Origin: Desulfobacterales bacterium | GTDB taxonomy: Bacteria; Desulfobacterota; Desulfobacteria; Desulfobacterales; UBA5852 | Direction: 5' to 3' | DNA: 64,000 nt | Assembly (NCBI GenBank): GCA_963674755.2 | Contig: CAXXVS010000003.1 | Coordinates: 896,001 to 960,000 of the forward strand | Shown here: positions 26,636-36,571 of the stretch, piece after piece | Layout of the letters: every line of letters starts with the position of its first letter | How positions within the stretch are numbered: position 1 is the stretch's first letter | Program-made: the position numbers and the translations under genes | The notes under the pieces: model-generated | The model's database searches: none | What the model was told of the DNA's origin: nothing | What the model saw: only the letters and a program-made list of their open reading frames with translations

Positions 26636-27984
26636 GGATGGGATTTCCTTTCTCGCAAGTCATGAATCCGTCTTTTGGCGGATCCTGTCGAAGCCGTCGT
26701 TCGGCCCAGGGCCGGACGGATGCCGACGGTCAGCAAGCCTGCCGCCTGTGCGGAACAAATGGCCGGCAGTGAGACCACTGCCTGCTCGATGCGTTTTCGC
26801 AGAGACGCGAACGCTTCCGTTTCCCGGACCTCAACCCATAGCATCAAATGGGCGCCCTCTTCGGCCGGGTGAATCTCGGCTCCGTAGTCGAGGACACCGT
26901 CGATCCTGAAAAGCGCTTCGTCCAGGTGGCCGATCAGAAGGGGAGGCGAATTTTCTCCCAGTGAAAGATGGTCATGCCAGCGGCCCTGGACCGTGTCCAG
27001 GGTTCGTAAGGCCGTCCCACAGGGGCAGGGCTGCAGTTTAAACGCGGCCCGGTCACCGGTGCAATAGCGAATGAGGGGCATCCCCTCCCGGGTCAGGGTG
27101 GTAAAGACGATGTCGCCCGGGTGGCCGTCAGGTACCGGCCGGCGGGTCCGGGGATCGACGATCTCCACCAGCAGGTCTGCTTCCCGGACATGGTAACCGC
27201 AGCGGGCGGCGCATTCCACGGCACCGCCCAGCCCCATTTCGGTCATGCCGTAGTGCTTGAAGACCCGGCAGTCCCATTCCGTTTCAAGGGCGGCAACGGT
27301 GGTCTCGGGCACATAGTCCGTGGTGAGCAGAACGTTGCGGATGCGGCCGGCCAGGCGAGGACCGTCTTCATGACGGGCCATGGCCAGCACCTGGACCGGA
27401 ATGCCCACCAGGCAGTCGATGCCTTCATCCAGGGCCGCTTGGATAGCGGCTTGCGGATCGCGCACCGGACCGTGAACGATGCCGCGGACGTCCATGCGGG
27501 CCAGGGCTCTGATGAGCAGATCGCCCACGCTGCCCGGGAGCTGCCCCGGCATCAGAATCAGCACCCGCTGGCCCGGTCCCACCAGGGTCGACATGCCGTG
27601 CTGGAAGAAATCCACGGTCAGCTCCAGGTCCGCGTCCGTGAAAAAGAGACGTTTGGGGGCGCCCGTGGTGCCGGAGGTCTCCAGGGTCACGGCGCGTGCG
27701 ATGCGGTCCCGGGAAACGCAGAGCAGGGCCAGGGGATCCCGGCGCAGATCGGCAGCGGTGGTGACGGGCAGGGCCGCCAGATCGTCCAGGGATCCCAGCG
27801 GCAGGGACAGATCCGCCAGGTGCCTGCGGTAAAACGGGCTGTTTTGACGGACGTGGGCCAGGGTGAGGTTGAGGGCCGCCAGCTGGTAGCGGGCCAGGTC
27901 GTTCCGCTGCAGGGGGCGTGCCCCGGACTGACCGATCCTGCGGTGGGTCCATCGGTCGAGGGGTGTTGTGGTGTAGGACGTCAT
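26632..27984 (-). CDS. AMP-dependent CoA ligase, phenylacetate-CoA ligase-like (DVU_1553-like)
   Basis: TSGTTGAPK P-loop, YGMTE, PLIRYCTGD, CPCG. Confidence 0.88.
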   Translation of the reverse strand: MTSYTTTPLDRWTHRRIGQSGARPLQRNDLARYQLAALNLTLAHVRQNSPFYRRHLADLSLPLGSLDDLAALPVTTAADLRRDPLALLCVSRDRIARAVTLETSGTTGAPKRLFFTDADLELTVDFFQHGMSTLVGPGQRVLILMPGQLPGSVGDLLIRALARMDVRGIVHGPVRDPQAAIQAALDEGIDCLVGIPVQVLAMARHEDGPRLAGRIRNVLLTTDYVPETTVAALETEWDCRVFKHYGMTEMGLGGAVECAARCGYHVREADLLVEIVDPRTRRPVPDGHPGDIVFTTLTREGMPLIRYCTGDRAAFKLQPCPCGTALRTLDTVQGRWHDHLSLGENSPPLLIGHLDEALFRIDGVLDYGAEIHPAEEGAHLMLWVEVRETEAFASLRKRIEQAVVSLPAICSAQAAGLLTVGIRPALGRTTASTGSAKRRIHDLRERKSHP

Positions 27985-29360
27985 GTCCGGTAGAGCCTCT
28001 GGCCCCGGCTGCTGGTGAGGTTGTAAAGGCAAAAGGGCACCAGCCGGGTATCCGGCGCCATAACGTGGATACAGCAGTCGCGCACCCGCTCCAGGTCCAG
28101 GTTCCAGACATCCTGGAAGGCCATGGCGGAAACGGCCAGCATATGGGTTTTGGCTCGCCGGAGAAAGGCGTCCAGATCAAGGGGGTCGCCAAGTGTGTTA
28201 TCGTCGGGAGGTTGTCGCTGGAAGCCGGAGGCGCAGGCACACGGCTGGGGGGCTGACCATTGCCGGGCCACCGCGCCGATGGCATGGGCCGCCCCTATTT
28301 CGGCATTGACCGGTTGGGGGCAGCACGACCCGGACCAGGGGCCGCCCACGGGCCGGACGGATCGGTCGGGCATCACCATGAAGTTGGCGCTGAAGCTGCA
28401 CAGGGCATTTTCACATCCGGGCGGTGAAAAGTGGGCGGCCTGGAAAGCGCCTTCCGACTGAGCCTCGATCAGCCGCATGAGCCGGGGCAGGGTAATGCGG
28501 TCCGCATCCGCCGGCGGATGGGGGTAGCGGCCGAAGTAACTGACCGGCTGGAAGTGGACCGCGCGTACCACCGGGGAGTGCGCCACGGCCAGCCTGAGGA
28601 TATTGCCGATGTCCTGATCGTTGACTCCGGGCACGAGGGTGGGTACCAGCACGACCCCGATCCGGTGGCGTCCGCAGGCCGCGATGGCCGCCCGTTTGTC
28701 TTCCAGGAGGGCGCGGCCCCGCAGCCGGCGGCAGATGGCATCGTTGGTACCGTCGAACTGGAGAAAGACCGAGGACAGACCGGCGGCTTTAAGGTCCCGC
28801 ACGAAGGCCGGATCCCGGGCCAGGCGCAGGCCGTTGGTGTTGATCTGGAGGAAGCCGAACCCGGCCTCCCGGCCCATGGCCACGATTTGCGGCAGGTCGT
28901 CCCGGACGGTGGGCTCCCCGCCGGAAAGTTGGATGTTGCTGCCGGTGCCGGCCCGGCGGGCGGCCGCATACCATTCGGCGATCGTATCGAGGGACGGATC
29001 GGCGCTGTCCTGTTGGCCGGCATCGGCATAGCATACCGGGCAGGCCAGGTTGCAGCGCTGGGTGACTTCCAGAATGATGGTGCAGGAGCGCTGGCGGTGA
29101 TCCGGACACAGGCCGCAGTCGAAGGGGCAGCCCTTGTCCACCGGCCGGGCGCAATGGGGCGGACGGGTGGGGATCTTGGGCCGCTGCCAGCTAATGAAGG
29201 CCGGTTCGCCATCCCAGATCCGGGCGGCAAAAAAGCCGTGTTCCGGGCAGGTTTTTTCCAGATAGACCGCCGGGCCGCTTATGACCCGGCGGGCCTCCAG
29301 ACGCGCCAGGCAGACCGGACAAAGGCTTGCGGTGGGTTGGGAAGAAGGATGGGAGGACAT
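27981..29360 (-). CDS. trsS: Radical SAM protein, TrsS-like (no in-frame TGA)
   Basis: N-terminal CPVC...CPEHG, CPFDCGLC, radical SAM CNLACPVC, SGGEP, C-terminal CCIH...PFCLYN; context matches the DVU_1551-1560 cluster. Confidence 0.8.
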   Translation of the reverse strand: MSSHPSSQPTASLCPVCLARLEARRVISGPAVYLEKTCPEHGFFAARIWDGEPAFISWQRPKIPTRPPHCARPVDKGCPFDCGLCPDHRQRSCTIILEVTQRCNLACPVCYADAGQQDSADPSLDTIAEWYAAARRAGTGSNIQLSGGEPTVRDDLPQIVAMGREAGFGFLQINTNGLRLARDPAFVRDLKAAGLSSVFLQFDGTNDAICRRLRGRALLEDKRAAIAACGRHRIGVVLVPTLVPGVNDQDIGNILRLAVAHSPVVRAVHFQPVSYFGRYPHPPADADRITLPRLMRLIEAQSEGAFQAAHFSPPGCENALCSFSANFMVMPDRSVRPVGGPWSGSCCPQPVNAEIGAAHAIGAVARQWSAPQPCACASGFQRQPPDDNTLGDPLDLDAFLRRAKTHMLAVSAMAFQDVWNLDLERVRDCCIHVMAPDTRLVPFCLYNLTSSRGQRLYRT

Positions 29361-29372
29361 CAGGGCGTCGGC

Positions 29373-29816
29373 TCAGGCGGCATAGGGATCGACGTCATTG
29401 GCCATCAGGATTTCCATGGCCTTGGCAAAGGTTTCCGCCACGATGCCGCCACAGCGCTGGCGGGCGGCGGCCGGGCCGTCTTCGCCGGTGATGGTCTCGC
29501 AGGCGCTGCCGCCGTAGCGGGCCCCCACCTGCTGGTCGAACCAGTCGGCCAGCTCGTTCAGCATGAAGAAAAGGCGGTCCGATTCGCTTTCCGTATCACT
29601 CCCCTTGGCGGCATACAGGGCCAGCAGACAGCACCCGCCTGTCAGCGCGCCGCAGGTGGCCCGCCCGCTGCCGCACCCGTAGGCCGGGCCCGCCATGGCG
29701 CGCACAAGGGCCGGATTGTCTTCTCCGCGGGCTTCCAGGGCCAGCTGGACAATGATCTGACTGCAGTAGTAGCCCTGAGCCGCCAGTTGCAGCATGCGGA
29801 TCCGGGTATCATCCAT
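29373..29816 (-). CDS. C-GCAxxG-C-C family redox protein (DVU_1555-like)
   Basis: CSQ, CGALTGG and two later Cys; RBS aaggag. Confidence 0.88.
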   Translation of the reverse strand: MDDTRIRMLQLAAQGYYCSQIIVQLALEARGEDNPALVRAMAGPAYGCGSGRATCGALTGGCCLLALYAAKGSDTESESDRLFFMLNELADWFDQQVGARYGGSACETITGEDGPAAARQRCGGIVAETFAKAMEILMANDVDPYAA

Positions 29817-30519
29817 GGGGGGGTCTCCTTTTTTGGCACACCAGCAGGCCGTAGCCCGGCCGTCCGGTCGCTCCGGAACCCGGGCGGCAAGTGGCGCACC
29901 AGAGATCCGTGACCGGAATACCGTCCCAGACCAGCTTGGCGGCCAACCGCTTGAGGTGCTCCGAATGGTCCTCCCAAAGGCTGAGCGCAAACCCGGCATT
30001 CGCTACCCGCTGCTCAAGTCCGTGGCGGGTAAGCGCGCCGGCCAAGCAGCCACGTCCGGCGGGGGGCGGTGTCACGTCCGGCGGTCCGCATGACCGCCAG
30101 TAGAGATCGGCCACTACCAGATGCCCGCCCGGTCTCAGGACGCGGTAAAATTCCGACAAGGCCTTTTGATGATTTGATAGAAGGGACAGGACGCATTCGC
30201 AAAACACGGCGCTAAACAGGCCCGAGGCAAATGGCAGGCGTGCGCCGTCCCCCCGGACCAGAGGCAGGGCGGGGTAACCCTCCTGAGCTTCGGCCAGCAG
30301 CAGAGTGGCGGCATCGATCCCGACGGCGGCGGCTCTAAAATGGTTTTGCAAAAAAGCGGCCGTGGTCCCGATCCCGCAACCCACATCCAGCACCCGGTCC
30401 CCGGTTGCAAATTCGCAGAAGCGCGCCGCGCGCTCGGTCAGTTTCAGCCCCCCGGGCCGCAGGGCCGGGCCGATGGCTTTCCGCAGGGCGGGGGATTCGT
30501 ATGGTTGAGAGAGCTGCAT
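29809..30519 (-). CDS. Class I SAM methyltransferase (DVU_1556/TrsM-like)
   Basis: LRPGGLKLT, VLDVGCGIG, CECVLS, RVLRPGG, C-terminal PGY. Confidence 0.88.
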   Translation of the reverse strand: MQLSQPYESPALRKAIGPALRPGGLKLTERAARFCEFATGDRVLDVGCGIGTTAAFLQNHFRAAAVGIDAATLLLAEAQEGYPALPLVRGDGARLPFASGLFSAVFCECVLSLLSNHQKALSEFYRVLRPGGHLVVADLYWRSCGPPDVTPPPAGRGCLAGALTRHGLEQRVANAGFALSLWEDHSEHLKRLAAKLVWDGIPVTDLWCATCRPGSGATGRPGYGLLVCQKRRPPHG

Positions 30520-30666
30520 ATGCGGTTTTCTCTTCTGCTACCGGCAATTAATCTTACCGTTTTTCATTTTGACGCACATCGGAATAGTTGTAATTTATAA
30601 TGGGATATACTTCGTTGTTATTTTTTACATCGTTCATTTTCTTCCACGTGGAAGAAAACGAAGCAA

Positions 30667-30880
30667 TCACGCCTCGGCGTGACAGGCTTCAGACGCCCGT
30701 GTCCCGCGGCCCCTGCGGGGCTGCCCTGCGCGTCGTCGACACGGCCGGAGCACGCGGAAACGCGCCCGCCTTCGCCAAGGCTACGACGGACTCAAACCCG
30801 CCTGCGGTAAGCCTTCGGCGGACAAGCAGGCCGCGCGCTTTGACCCGGTCGCATCAACGATGCTCGGCGCGGGACAAAAG
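30667..30880. repeat. GC-rich nested palindromic (MITE/REP-like) element inside an AT-rich gap
   Basis: Exact IR tgtcccgcg (30700-30708) / cgcgggaca (30868-30876), inner imperfect 19-bp IR, hairpins tcacgcc-tc-ggcgtga and gcccc-tgc-ggggc. Confidence 0.65.
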
Positions 30881-31087
30881 GAAGCAAACTCATCACCTCG
30901 TCTTCTATGCTGAGGTACCTTAACTTTGATGCAATCGTAAATCACCATAAAAGCATTTTTATATCCCAGAAATGGCGGGGATTCAGTCGTATCAATAAGT
31001 TCTGAACTCATTTTTTCGTCGAGGAGACAGATTCCATCAAACCTGAGCGTAATTCAATTTAAATAAATGCGGATCTTTGATCTGCAT

Positions 31088-31300
31088 TTATTTATCTTCC
31101 AGGATCTGTTCTACTTCGGCCATCTTCCCGGTGGCCACCGCTTCGGTGATGAGGACCGTCCTGCAGGTGGGGCAATAGGGCAGGTCCGTGGTGAAGCGGT
31201 TGTTCATATAGGTCACTGCCACCTGCCCCACCACCAGATCACAATCACAGGTGCCGCAGCGCCATTGCAGATCCTCCGGCCGCACGTTGTCGTTTTTCAT
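31088..31300 (-). CDS. Small CxxC-CxxC protein (DVU_1557-like)
   Basis: 70 aa, CGTC...CPTC, ends GKMAEVEQILEDK; ATGA coupling. Confidence 0.85.
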   Translation of the reverse strand: MKNDNVRPEDLQWRCGTCDCDLVVGQVAVTYMNNRFTTDLPYCPTCRTVLITEAVATGKMAEVEQILEDK

Positions 31301-33585
31301 GGCCCCGGCACCTCCATGCGGTGGGCGTAGGCGTTGTGGATGCGGTAGCCGTCGTCCAATGGTGAATATTCCACCCAGAAAGTGGCCTGATAGGGGCGGA
31401 AGCAGGCCAGCCAATGGCCGCTGTCCGGGTGGTGGAAGGCCTGGCCGCCCTTTTGGACATGGCGGAGGACCTTCTCGATATCTTCTCTCAGGATGCGGCG
31501 GGCGTCCAGCAGATCCACGACCGTCGAATCCATTTGCAGGACCAGGGGCGTTCCGGCGGCAGCCGACGGTTCGTTCCAGAGCTCACGAGCCAGGTGTTCC
31601 CTGAGCCGCAGGCGGTTTTCCCGCCGCCGGGACCAGCCCGGCCGCGGCCGGGCCGACGGATCGGTCTGATTCGGGTCCGGGAAAAGCAGGTCCAGCAGGT
31701 GGAGAGATCGCTTGTCCACGGCGGCCAGGTTGTCCCGGCACATGGCGCAATAGGCCAGGTAATCCAGGCCGCTGCGGCTGCCCCGCTTTTCGGCCACCTC
31801 CCGGGCCAGGGCCGGATTGGCATTCTGCATCAGGCCGCCGAAGCCGCAGCATTCGGTATGCGCCCGCCCCAGTTGGAGTTCTTCATAGGGCACCCCCATG
31901 CGCGCCAGGAGGCGCCGGGCAGCGTCCTGAACCGTTTCTTCACCGCGGGTGGTGCAGGGGTCGTGCACGGCCAAAGGGACTTGGCGGGGCTGAAGGCGGT
32001 CAGGGGGGAGCTCCATTTCGTCCAGGATCTCCCAAAGGGAAATGGGGTCGGCCTCGGGCAGGTGGTCCTTGAAGATGCGCAGGCAGCTGGCGCAGGCCAT
32101 GACCGGGCGGGGGCGCCCCAATCTTTCCCAGCGTCCCTTCCAGAGGTTCAACTCGGTTGCAAAGCGCGCCTGCTGCCCGGCCCAGTGGGCCGGCGCCCCG
32201 CAGCAGCCCAGCATCAGGGCCACCCCGTCGGTCAGGTGGTGCCGCAGGTGGTCGTAAACCCGGGGCACCTGGCCGGGGGCCGAGGCGCACAACTGGCATC
32301 CCGGAAAGAAAAGATAACGGCTGGTGGTGCGGCCGGGTTCGTGCCGGGCCAGGGCAAACCGGTCGCTCTGGGAGAAAGCCATGTCCTGGAGGGCGAAGTC
32401 ATGGGCCGAAGGGGGCATCTTGCTGCGCCCCACCATGCTCTGGCGGGCGGCCAGGCAGAGATCCTGCATGGCGAAGTCATGGGGGCAGACCGCCTCGCAC
32501 AAACCGCAAAGGCTGCACGAATTGATCAGGCGGTTGGCCTTGCGTTCCCCCAGCACCAGGGCTTCGTTGTTGTAAATTTCCCGGACGTAGCGTTTGGGAT
32601 AGGCGCCGAAATGCGCCAGGTAGGCGCAGACCTTGACGCATTCCAGGCACTGGCACTGGATGCAGCGCCCGGCTTCATCGAGGGCTTCCGTCTCGCTGTA
32701 GCCCGAGCCGGGATCGGCCGGTGTCACGGCCGTCAGGGGCGCGATGCCCTGGAGGTTCGTATAAAGGCGGGTGCCCTGGGGACCTTCCTTTTCCCGGCCG
32801 GCGGTAGGGGAGACCTTTTGCAGCCAGCGGTCCATGGTGGTGGCGGCCCAGCGGCCCTGGGCGGTCTGCCAGACGGGCGAGGGGTGGTCGCCGCCGGAAA
32901 AGAGGCCCTCATCTCCGGTGGTACCGAAAGAGCCTTGGGGGGCGGCGGTTGCCGGAGCCATCGCCCAGGGGTCGGGCGATACGGCATCCAGACCGACATA
33001 GACGGCGGCATGGTCCTTCCGGCAGCGTTGGCCGTCTTCAGCGGTAGCGAATCCGGTGCCGGTTTTGAAGCGGACGCCCAGGGATGTCATCAGGCGGATT
33101 TCCCGCTCGATAATCTCCCGGGAGAGGCGCTGGGGATGGCTGCGGAGGAGAAAAGCCGCGGGCTCTTGTTCCGGTACGTAAACTGTGACCGGATAACCCT
33201 TGCGGGCCAGATCCCAGGCGGCGGTGAGGCTGCTCAGCCCGCTGCCCACGACAGCGATGCGATGTGTTTTTGCGGGCAGCGGCATCACCCGGCGGCGGTC
33301 TTCGGTGCGGCTTACACAGGCGCGCTCCAGGTCGCCGATCCGGATGGCCTCACCGGCTTCCTTGCGGTTGCAGGCCGTCTGGCAGGGCGTGTCGCAGATC
33401 CGGCCCAGGATGCCGGGCAGGGGCATGACCCTGTGGAGCGTTTTAAGGGCATCCGCCCAGCGGCCGCCCTGCAGGAAGCCGATAAAGGCCCGGGCGTCCA
33501 CGTGCAGCGGACAGGCGGCCATGCAGGGGGGCGGTTCCTCCTGGATGCAGCGCTGCTCCCATTGCCGGAGTTCCGACTGGTCCAA
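31297..33585 (-). CDS. Pyridine nucleotide-disulfide oxidoreductase / Fe-S dicluster / CCG-domain protein
   Basis: GltD-like N-terminus (CMAACP, GRIC..PC..AC, GSGLSSL), CIQCQCLECVKVC, CSLCGLCEAVCP, CCG domains; TTG start after gggag. Confidence 0.85.
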   Translation of the reverse strand: MDQSELRQWEQRCIQEEPPPCMAACPLHVDARAFIGFLQGGRWADALKTLHRVMPLPGILGRICDTPCQTACNRKEAGEAIRIGDLERACVSRTEDRRRVMPLPAKTHRIAVVGSGLSSLTAAWDLARKGYPVTVYVPEQEPAAFLLRSHPQRLSREIIEREIRLMTSLGVRFKTGTGFATAEDGQRCRKDHAAVYVGLDAVSPDPWAMAPATAAPQGSFGTTGDEGLFSGGDHPSPVWQTAQGRWAATTMDRWLQKVSPTAGREKEGPQGTRLYTNLQGIAPLTAVTPADPGSGYSETEALDEAGRCIQCQCLECVKVCAYLAHFGAYPKRYVREIYNNEALVLGERKANRLINSCSLCGLCEAVCPHDFAMQDLCLAARQSMVGRSKMPPSAHDFALQDMAFSQSDRFALARHEPGRTTSRYLFFPGCQLCASAPGQVPRVYDHLRHHLTDGVALMLGCCGAPAHWAGQQARFATELNLWKGRWERLGRPRPVMACASCLRIFKDHLPEADPISLWEILDEMELPPDRLQPRQVPLAVHDPCTTRGEETVQDAARRLLARMGVPYEELQLGRAHTECCGFGGLMQNANPALAREVAEKRGSRSGLDYLAYCAMCRDNLAAVDKRSLHLLDLLFPDPNQTDPSARPRPGWSRRRENRLRLREHLARELWNEPSAAAGTPLVLQMDSTVVDLLDARRILREDIEKVLRHVQKGGQAFHHPDSGHWLACFRPYQATFWVEYSPLDDGYRIHNAYAHRMEVPGP

Positions 33586-33682
33586 GACGTTTTTCTCCCG
33601 GCCCGTTGAGCGCCTCCCGGAGCAGGCTGCGGGAGGCGCTGGGGCGTTTATGGTAGCGGGGGGATCGGATGCCCCCCGGGTT

Positions 33683-36409
33683 TCAGCCGGCGGCCTGCAA
33701 CCCGGCCAGCACTTTCTCCGGCAGGGCCGGCAGCTGTTTGATGCAGACGCCGCAGGCCTTGTTAATGGCGTTGATGATGGCCGCATGGGGGCTGGTCAGC
33801 GGCAGTTCCCCGACCCCGGCTGCCCCGAAGGGACCCTCGGGGCGGCTGTTTTCCACATAGATGATTTCCATGGCGTCCGGGATCTGTTCGCAATAGGGCA
33901 ACCCTGCGCCCTTGAGGGTACTGTGCTTTTGAATGTCTTCGAAATCCTCCCACAGGGCCAGGCCGATGCCCTGGGCCAGCCCCCCGAAAATCTGCCCGTC
34001 GGTGACCAGACGGTTGTTGATCTTGCCGATGTCGGCCACCAGGGTCATCTTTTCCACCGTGGTTTTGCCTGTAGCGGTTTCCACGGCCACCTCGGCCATG
34101 AAAACCCCGTACATATAGACCGGGAAGGGGTCGCCTTTGCCGGTTTCATCGCAGACCGTGCAGGGTGTGGTCCACTGGCCCTCGTATTTGAGGGGCAGGC
34201 CCTCGGCCTGCATCTCATCAAAGGTGCGGTAGCTGCCGTCGGATTTGCGCATGGCATCCAGCAGGGCCTGGCAGGCGGCGATGATGGCCCGGCCGGTGAC
34301 CACCTGCTGGCGGCTGCCGCCCGAGGGGCCGCTGTCCGGGCAAGTGGCCATGTCGTTCATCACGAGGCGGATCTTTTCCGGCGGCACCCCGAGGGGGCGC
34401 AGGGCCTCGTGGGCCGTGCCCAGGGTGCCGGCGTCGGCGCCCTGGCCGTGGTCGGACCAGGTGTTGTAGATGGTGACGCTGTTGTCCGGCCCCAACTCGG
34501 CCGCCACGGCCGAAGGATCCGGTCCGTCGCCGCCGCAGCCGTACATGCCCAGGGAAATGCCCACCCCGCGTTTGAGCGTGTCGCTGGAGGCGGCCCGGGT
34601 TCGCTTCAGGGCTTCCTGGTACTTGGGCCGCAGGATGTCGAGCATTTCAGGATAGCTGTAGACTTCGGGGGCCTGCCCGTGGGGCATGGTGGCCCCGGGC
34701 CGCAGCACGTTGGCGTAGCGCAGCTCCAGGGGATCCTGGCCGAGCTTCTCGGCCAGGAGGTCCATGAGCACCTCGGAGGCGAATTCGCTTTGGGGGCCGC
34801 CATAGGCCCGGAAGGCCGATCCCCAGGCGTGGTTGGTGCACACCGTACGGCCGATGCCCCGGATGTGGGGGATGTCGTAGCCCGCACCGATAAATTGGGC
34901 GCCCCGCTGGGTGAGCAGGTCGCCGAATTCGGAATAGGGCCCGTGGTCCACGGTCCAGTCCGATTCCATGCCCAAAAGCTTGCCGTCGGCATCGGCGGCC
35001 AGGCGCAGGTGAATGAAAAAGGGCGAGCGTTTGCCCGTATAGGTCATCTGCTGATGGTAGTCGTAGCGCAGGACCACGGGCCGGCCCGTAGCCAGACAGG
35101 CCACTCCCACGAGGGCTTCCATGGTGGGGCTGAATTTATAGCCGAAGGTGCCGCCGGTGGGGTTCTGGGCCAGGAAGAGTTTTTCCGGCGCCACGCCCAA
35201 CCCCTCGGCGATCATCAGGTGATGGGTGTAAAGTGCGATGGACTTGCTGCCGATATGCAGCCCCTCCTCATCGTCCAGATAGGCGTAGCCCACATCCGGT
35301 TCCATGGGCATGTGGGGCTGGCGGCCCACATAGAAGTCGTCCTCGATCACATGGGCGGCATCGCGGAAAACGGGGGCCGTATCCTCGCCCTTGATGATTT
35401 TCTGGGTGAAATAGATATTGGGGGTGCCCGGGTGGATCTCGATGGCATCTTCAGCCATGGCGGCCGGGGCGCTCATATAAGCCGGCAGGGGCTCCAGGTC
35501 GACCTTGACCTTGGCGGCCGCGGCCCGGGCATGGGCCTCGCTGTCGGCGCAGACGATGGCGATGGCATCCCCATACTGGTAGACTTTCTCATCGCACAGG
35601 ATGGGCCTGTCCCAGCCGTCCCCCAGATGGCCCACCGGAAACAGCACCAGCCCGTTGATGCGGTTTTTGCCCTGGACATCCCGGTGGGTGAGGATTTTGA
35701 CCACCCCGGGCATCTTTTCGGCGTCGGCGGTATCGATGGCGCGGATATTGGCATGGGAGATCTCGGCCTGCACCAGGGCCAGCTGCAGGGTCTCGGGCGG
35801 CATTTTGACGCCGGTGTCGGCCCCGTAGTCGCAGGTGCCGGTGACCTTGGCCAGGGCGCTGGGGCGGGGAATGGTGCTGCCCCAGATGCGGCCGTCGGCC
35901 GGGATCTTGAACATGAGCTCTTCCATGGTGAGCTCGCCCCGCAGCACGCGGCCCGCATCCTGGACCGCATCCACCAGTTGTTTGTAGCCGGTGCAGCGGC
36001 AGGCGTTGCGGTGCACCTGGAACCAGCGGCGGATGTCTTCCCGGCTGGGATCGGGGTTGCTGTCCAGGAGAGCCTTGGTGGAAACGATGAAGCCCGGGCT
36101 GCAGAAGCCGCACTGGGCGCCGCCGTGCACCATCCAGGAGAGCTGGACCGGATGCAGGTGGGTCGCGTCCCCCAGGCCCTCGATGGTCAGGATATGGGCG
36201 CCGTCCGGGACTTTGTTCATGGGGGTCACGCAGGAGCGCACCAGCTTGTCGTTCAAAATGACATTGCAGCAGCCGCACTGCCCCTGGCCGCAGCCCACCT
36301 TGGTGCCGGTGAGGCGCAATTGTTCCCGGAGCACCTGGGCCAGAGAGCTGTCCGCGTCCACAATGAGGGTTCGGGGAACCTGATTGATCACCAGCTGTTT
36401 CTTTACCAT
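33683..36409 (-). CDS. mop: Molybdopterin-dependent aldehyde oxidoreductase (Mop-type), copy 2
   Basis: 2Fe-2S motifs CGQGQCGCC and QCGFC..CRCTGY, GGTFGYK, AFRAYG, catalytic GVGE; 908 aa. Confidence 0.95.
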   Translation of the reverse strand: MVKKQLVINQVPRTLIVDADSSLAQVLREQLRLTGTKVGCGQGQCGCCNVILNDKLVRSCVTPMNKVPDGAHILTIEGLGDATHLHPVQLSWMVHGGAQCGFCSPGFIVSTKALLDSNPDPSREDIRRWFQVHRNACRCTGYKQLVDAVQDAGRVLRGELTMEELMFKIPADGRIWGSTIPRPSALAKVTGTCDYGADTGVKMPPETLQLALVQAEISHANIRAIDTADAEKMPGVVKILTHRDVQGKNRINGLVLFPVGHLGDGWDRPILCDEKVYQYGDAIAIVCADSEAHARAAAAKVKVDLEPLPAYMSAPAAMAEDAIEIHPGTPNIYFTQKIIKGEDTAPVFRDAAHVIEDDFYVGRQPHMPMEPDVGYAYLDDEEGLHIGSKSIALYTHHLMIAEGLGVAPEKLFLAQNPTGGTFGYKFSPTMEALVGVACLATGRPVVLRYDYHQQMTYTGKRSPFFIHLRLAADADGKLLGMESDWTVDHGPYSEFGDLLTQRGAQFIGAGYDIPHIRGIGRTVCTNHAWGSAFRAYGGPQSEFASEVLMDLLAEKLGQDPLELRYANVLRPGATMPHGQAPEVYSYPEMLDILRPKYQEALKRTRAASSDTLKRGVGISLGMYGCGGDGPDPSAVAAELGPDNSVTIYNTWSDHGQGADAGTLGTAHEALRPLGVPPEKIRLVMNDMATCPDSGPSGGSRQQVVTGRAIIAACQALLDAMRKSDGSYRTFDEMQAEGLPLKYEGQWTTPCTVCDETGKGDPFPVYMYGVFMAEVAVETATGKTTVEKMTLVADIGKINNRLVTDGQIFGGLAQGIGLALWEDFEDIQKHSTLKGAGLPYCEQIPDAMEIIYVENSRPEGPFGAAGVGELPLTSPHAAIINAINKACGVCIKQLPALPEKVLAGLQAAG

Positions 36410-36571
36410 TTACCGTCCTTTCCATTTCGTTGCGAGGCGTCGGGCCGGAGGGATCGTCCACCCGGCGCCCATGACAGGCTGAAGGCGACCGGCAACGGGT
36501 GTCGCAGCGGATCGCCTTCAGGATGGGGCCAGGGGGCGACTATTCCCCCAGGCGGGTTTTACGGTTTGCGA

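Noticed and set aside
27981..31300. Selenocysteine recoding in the TrsS-like and neighbouring redox proteins
   Set aside because: All ORFs are full-length with no internal TGA; terminal TGA codons overlap the next ATG as normal coupling.
36410..36571. Inverted repeat ctgaaggcga/tcgccttcag between the mop genes
   Set aside because: Single hairpin without a T tail or other copies in the window; at most an mRNA-stabilising stem.
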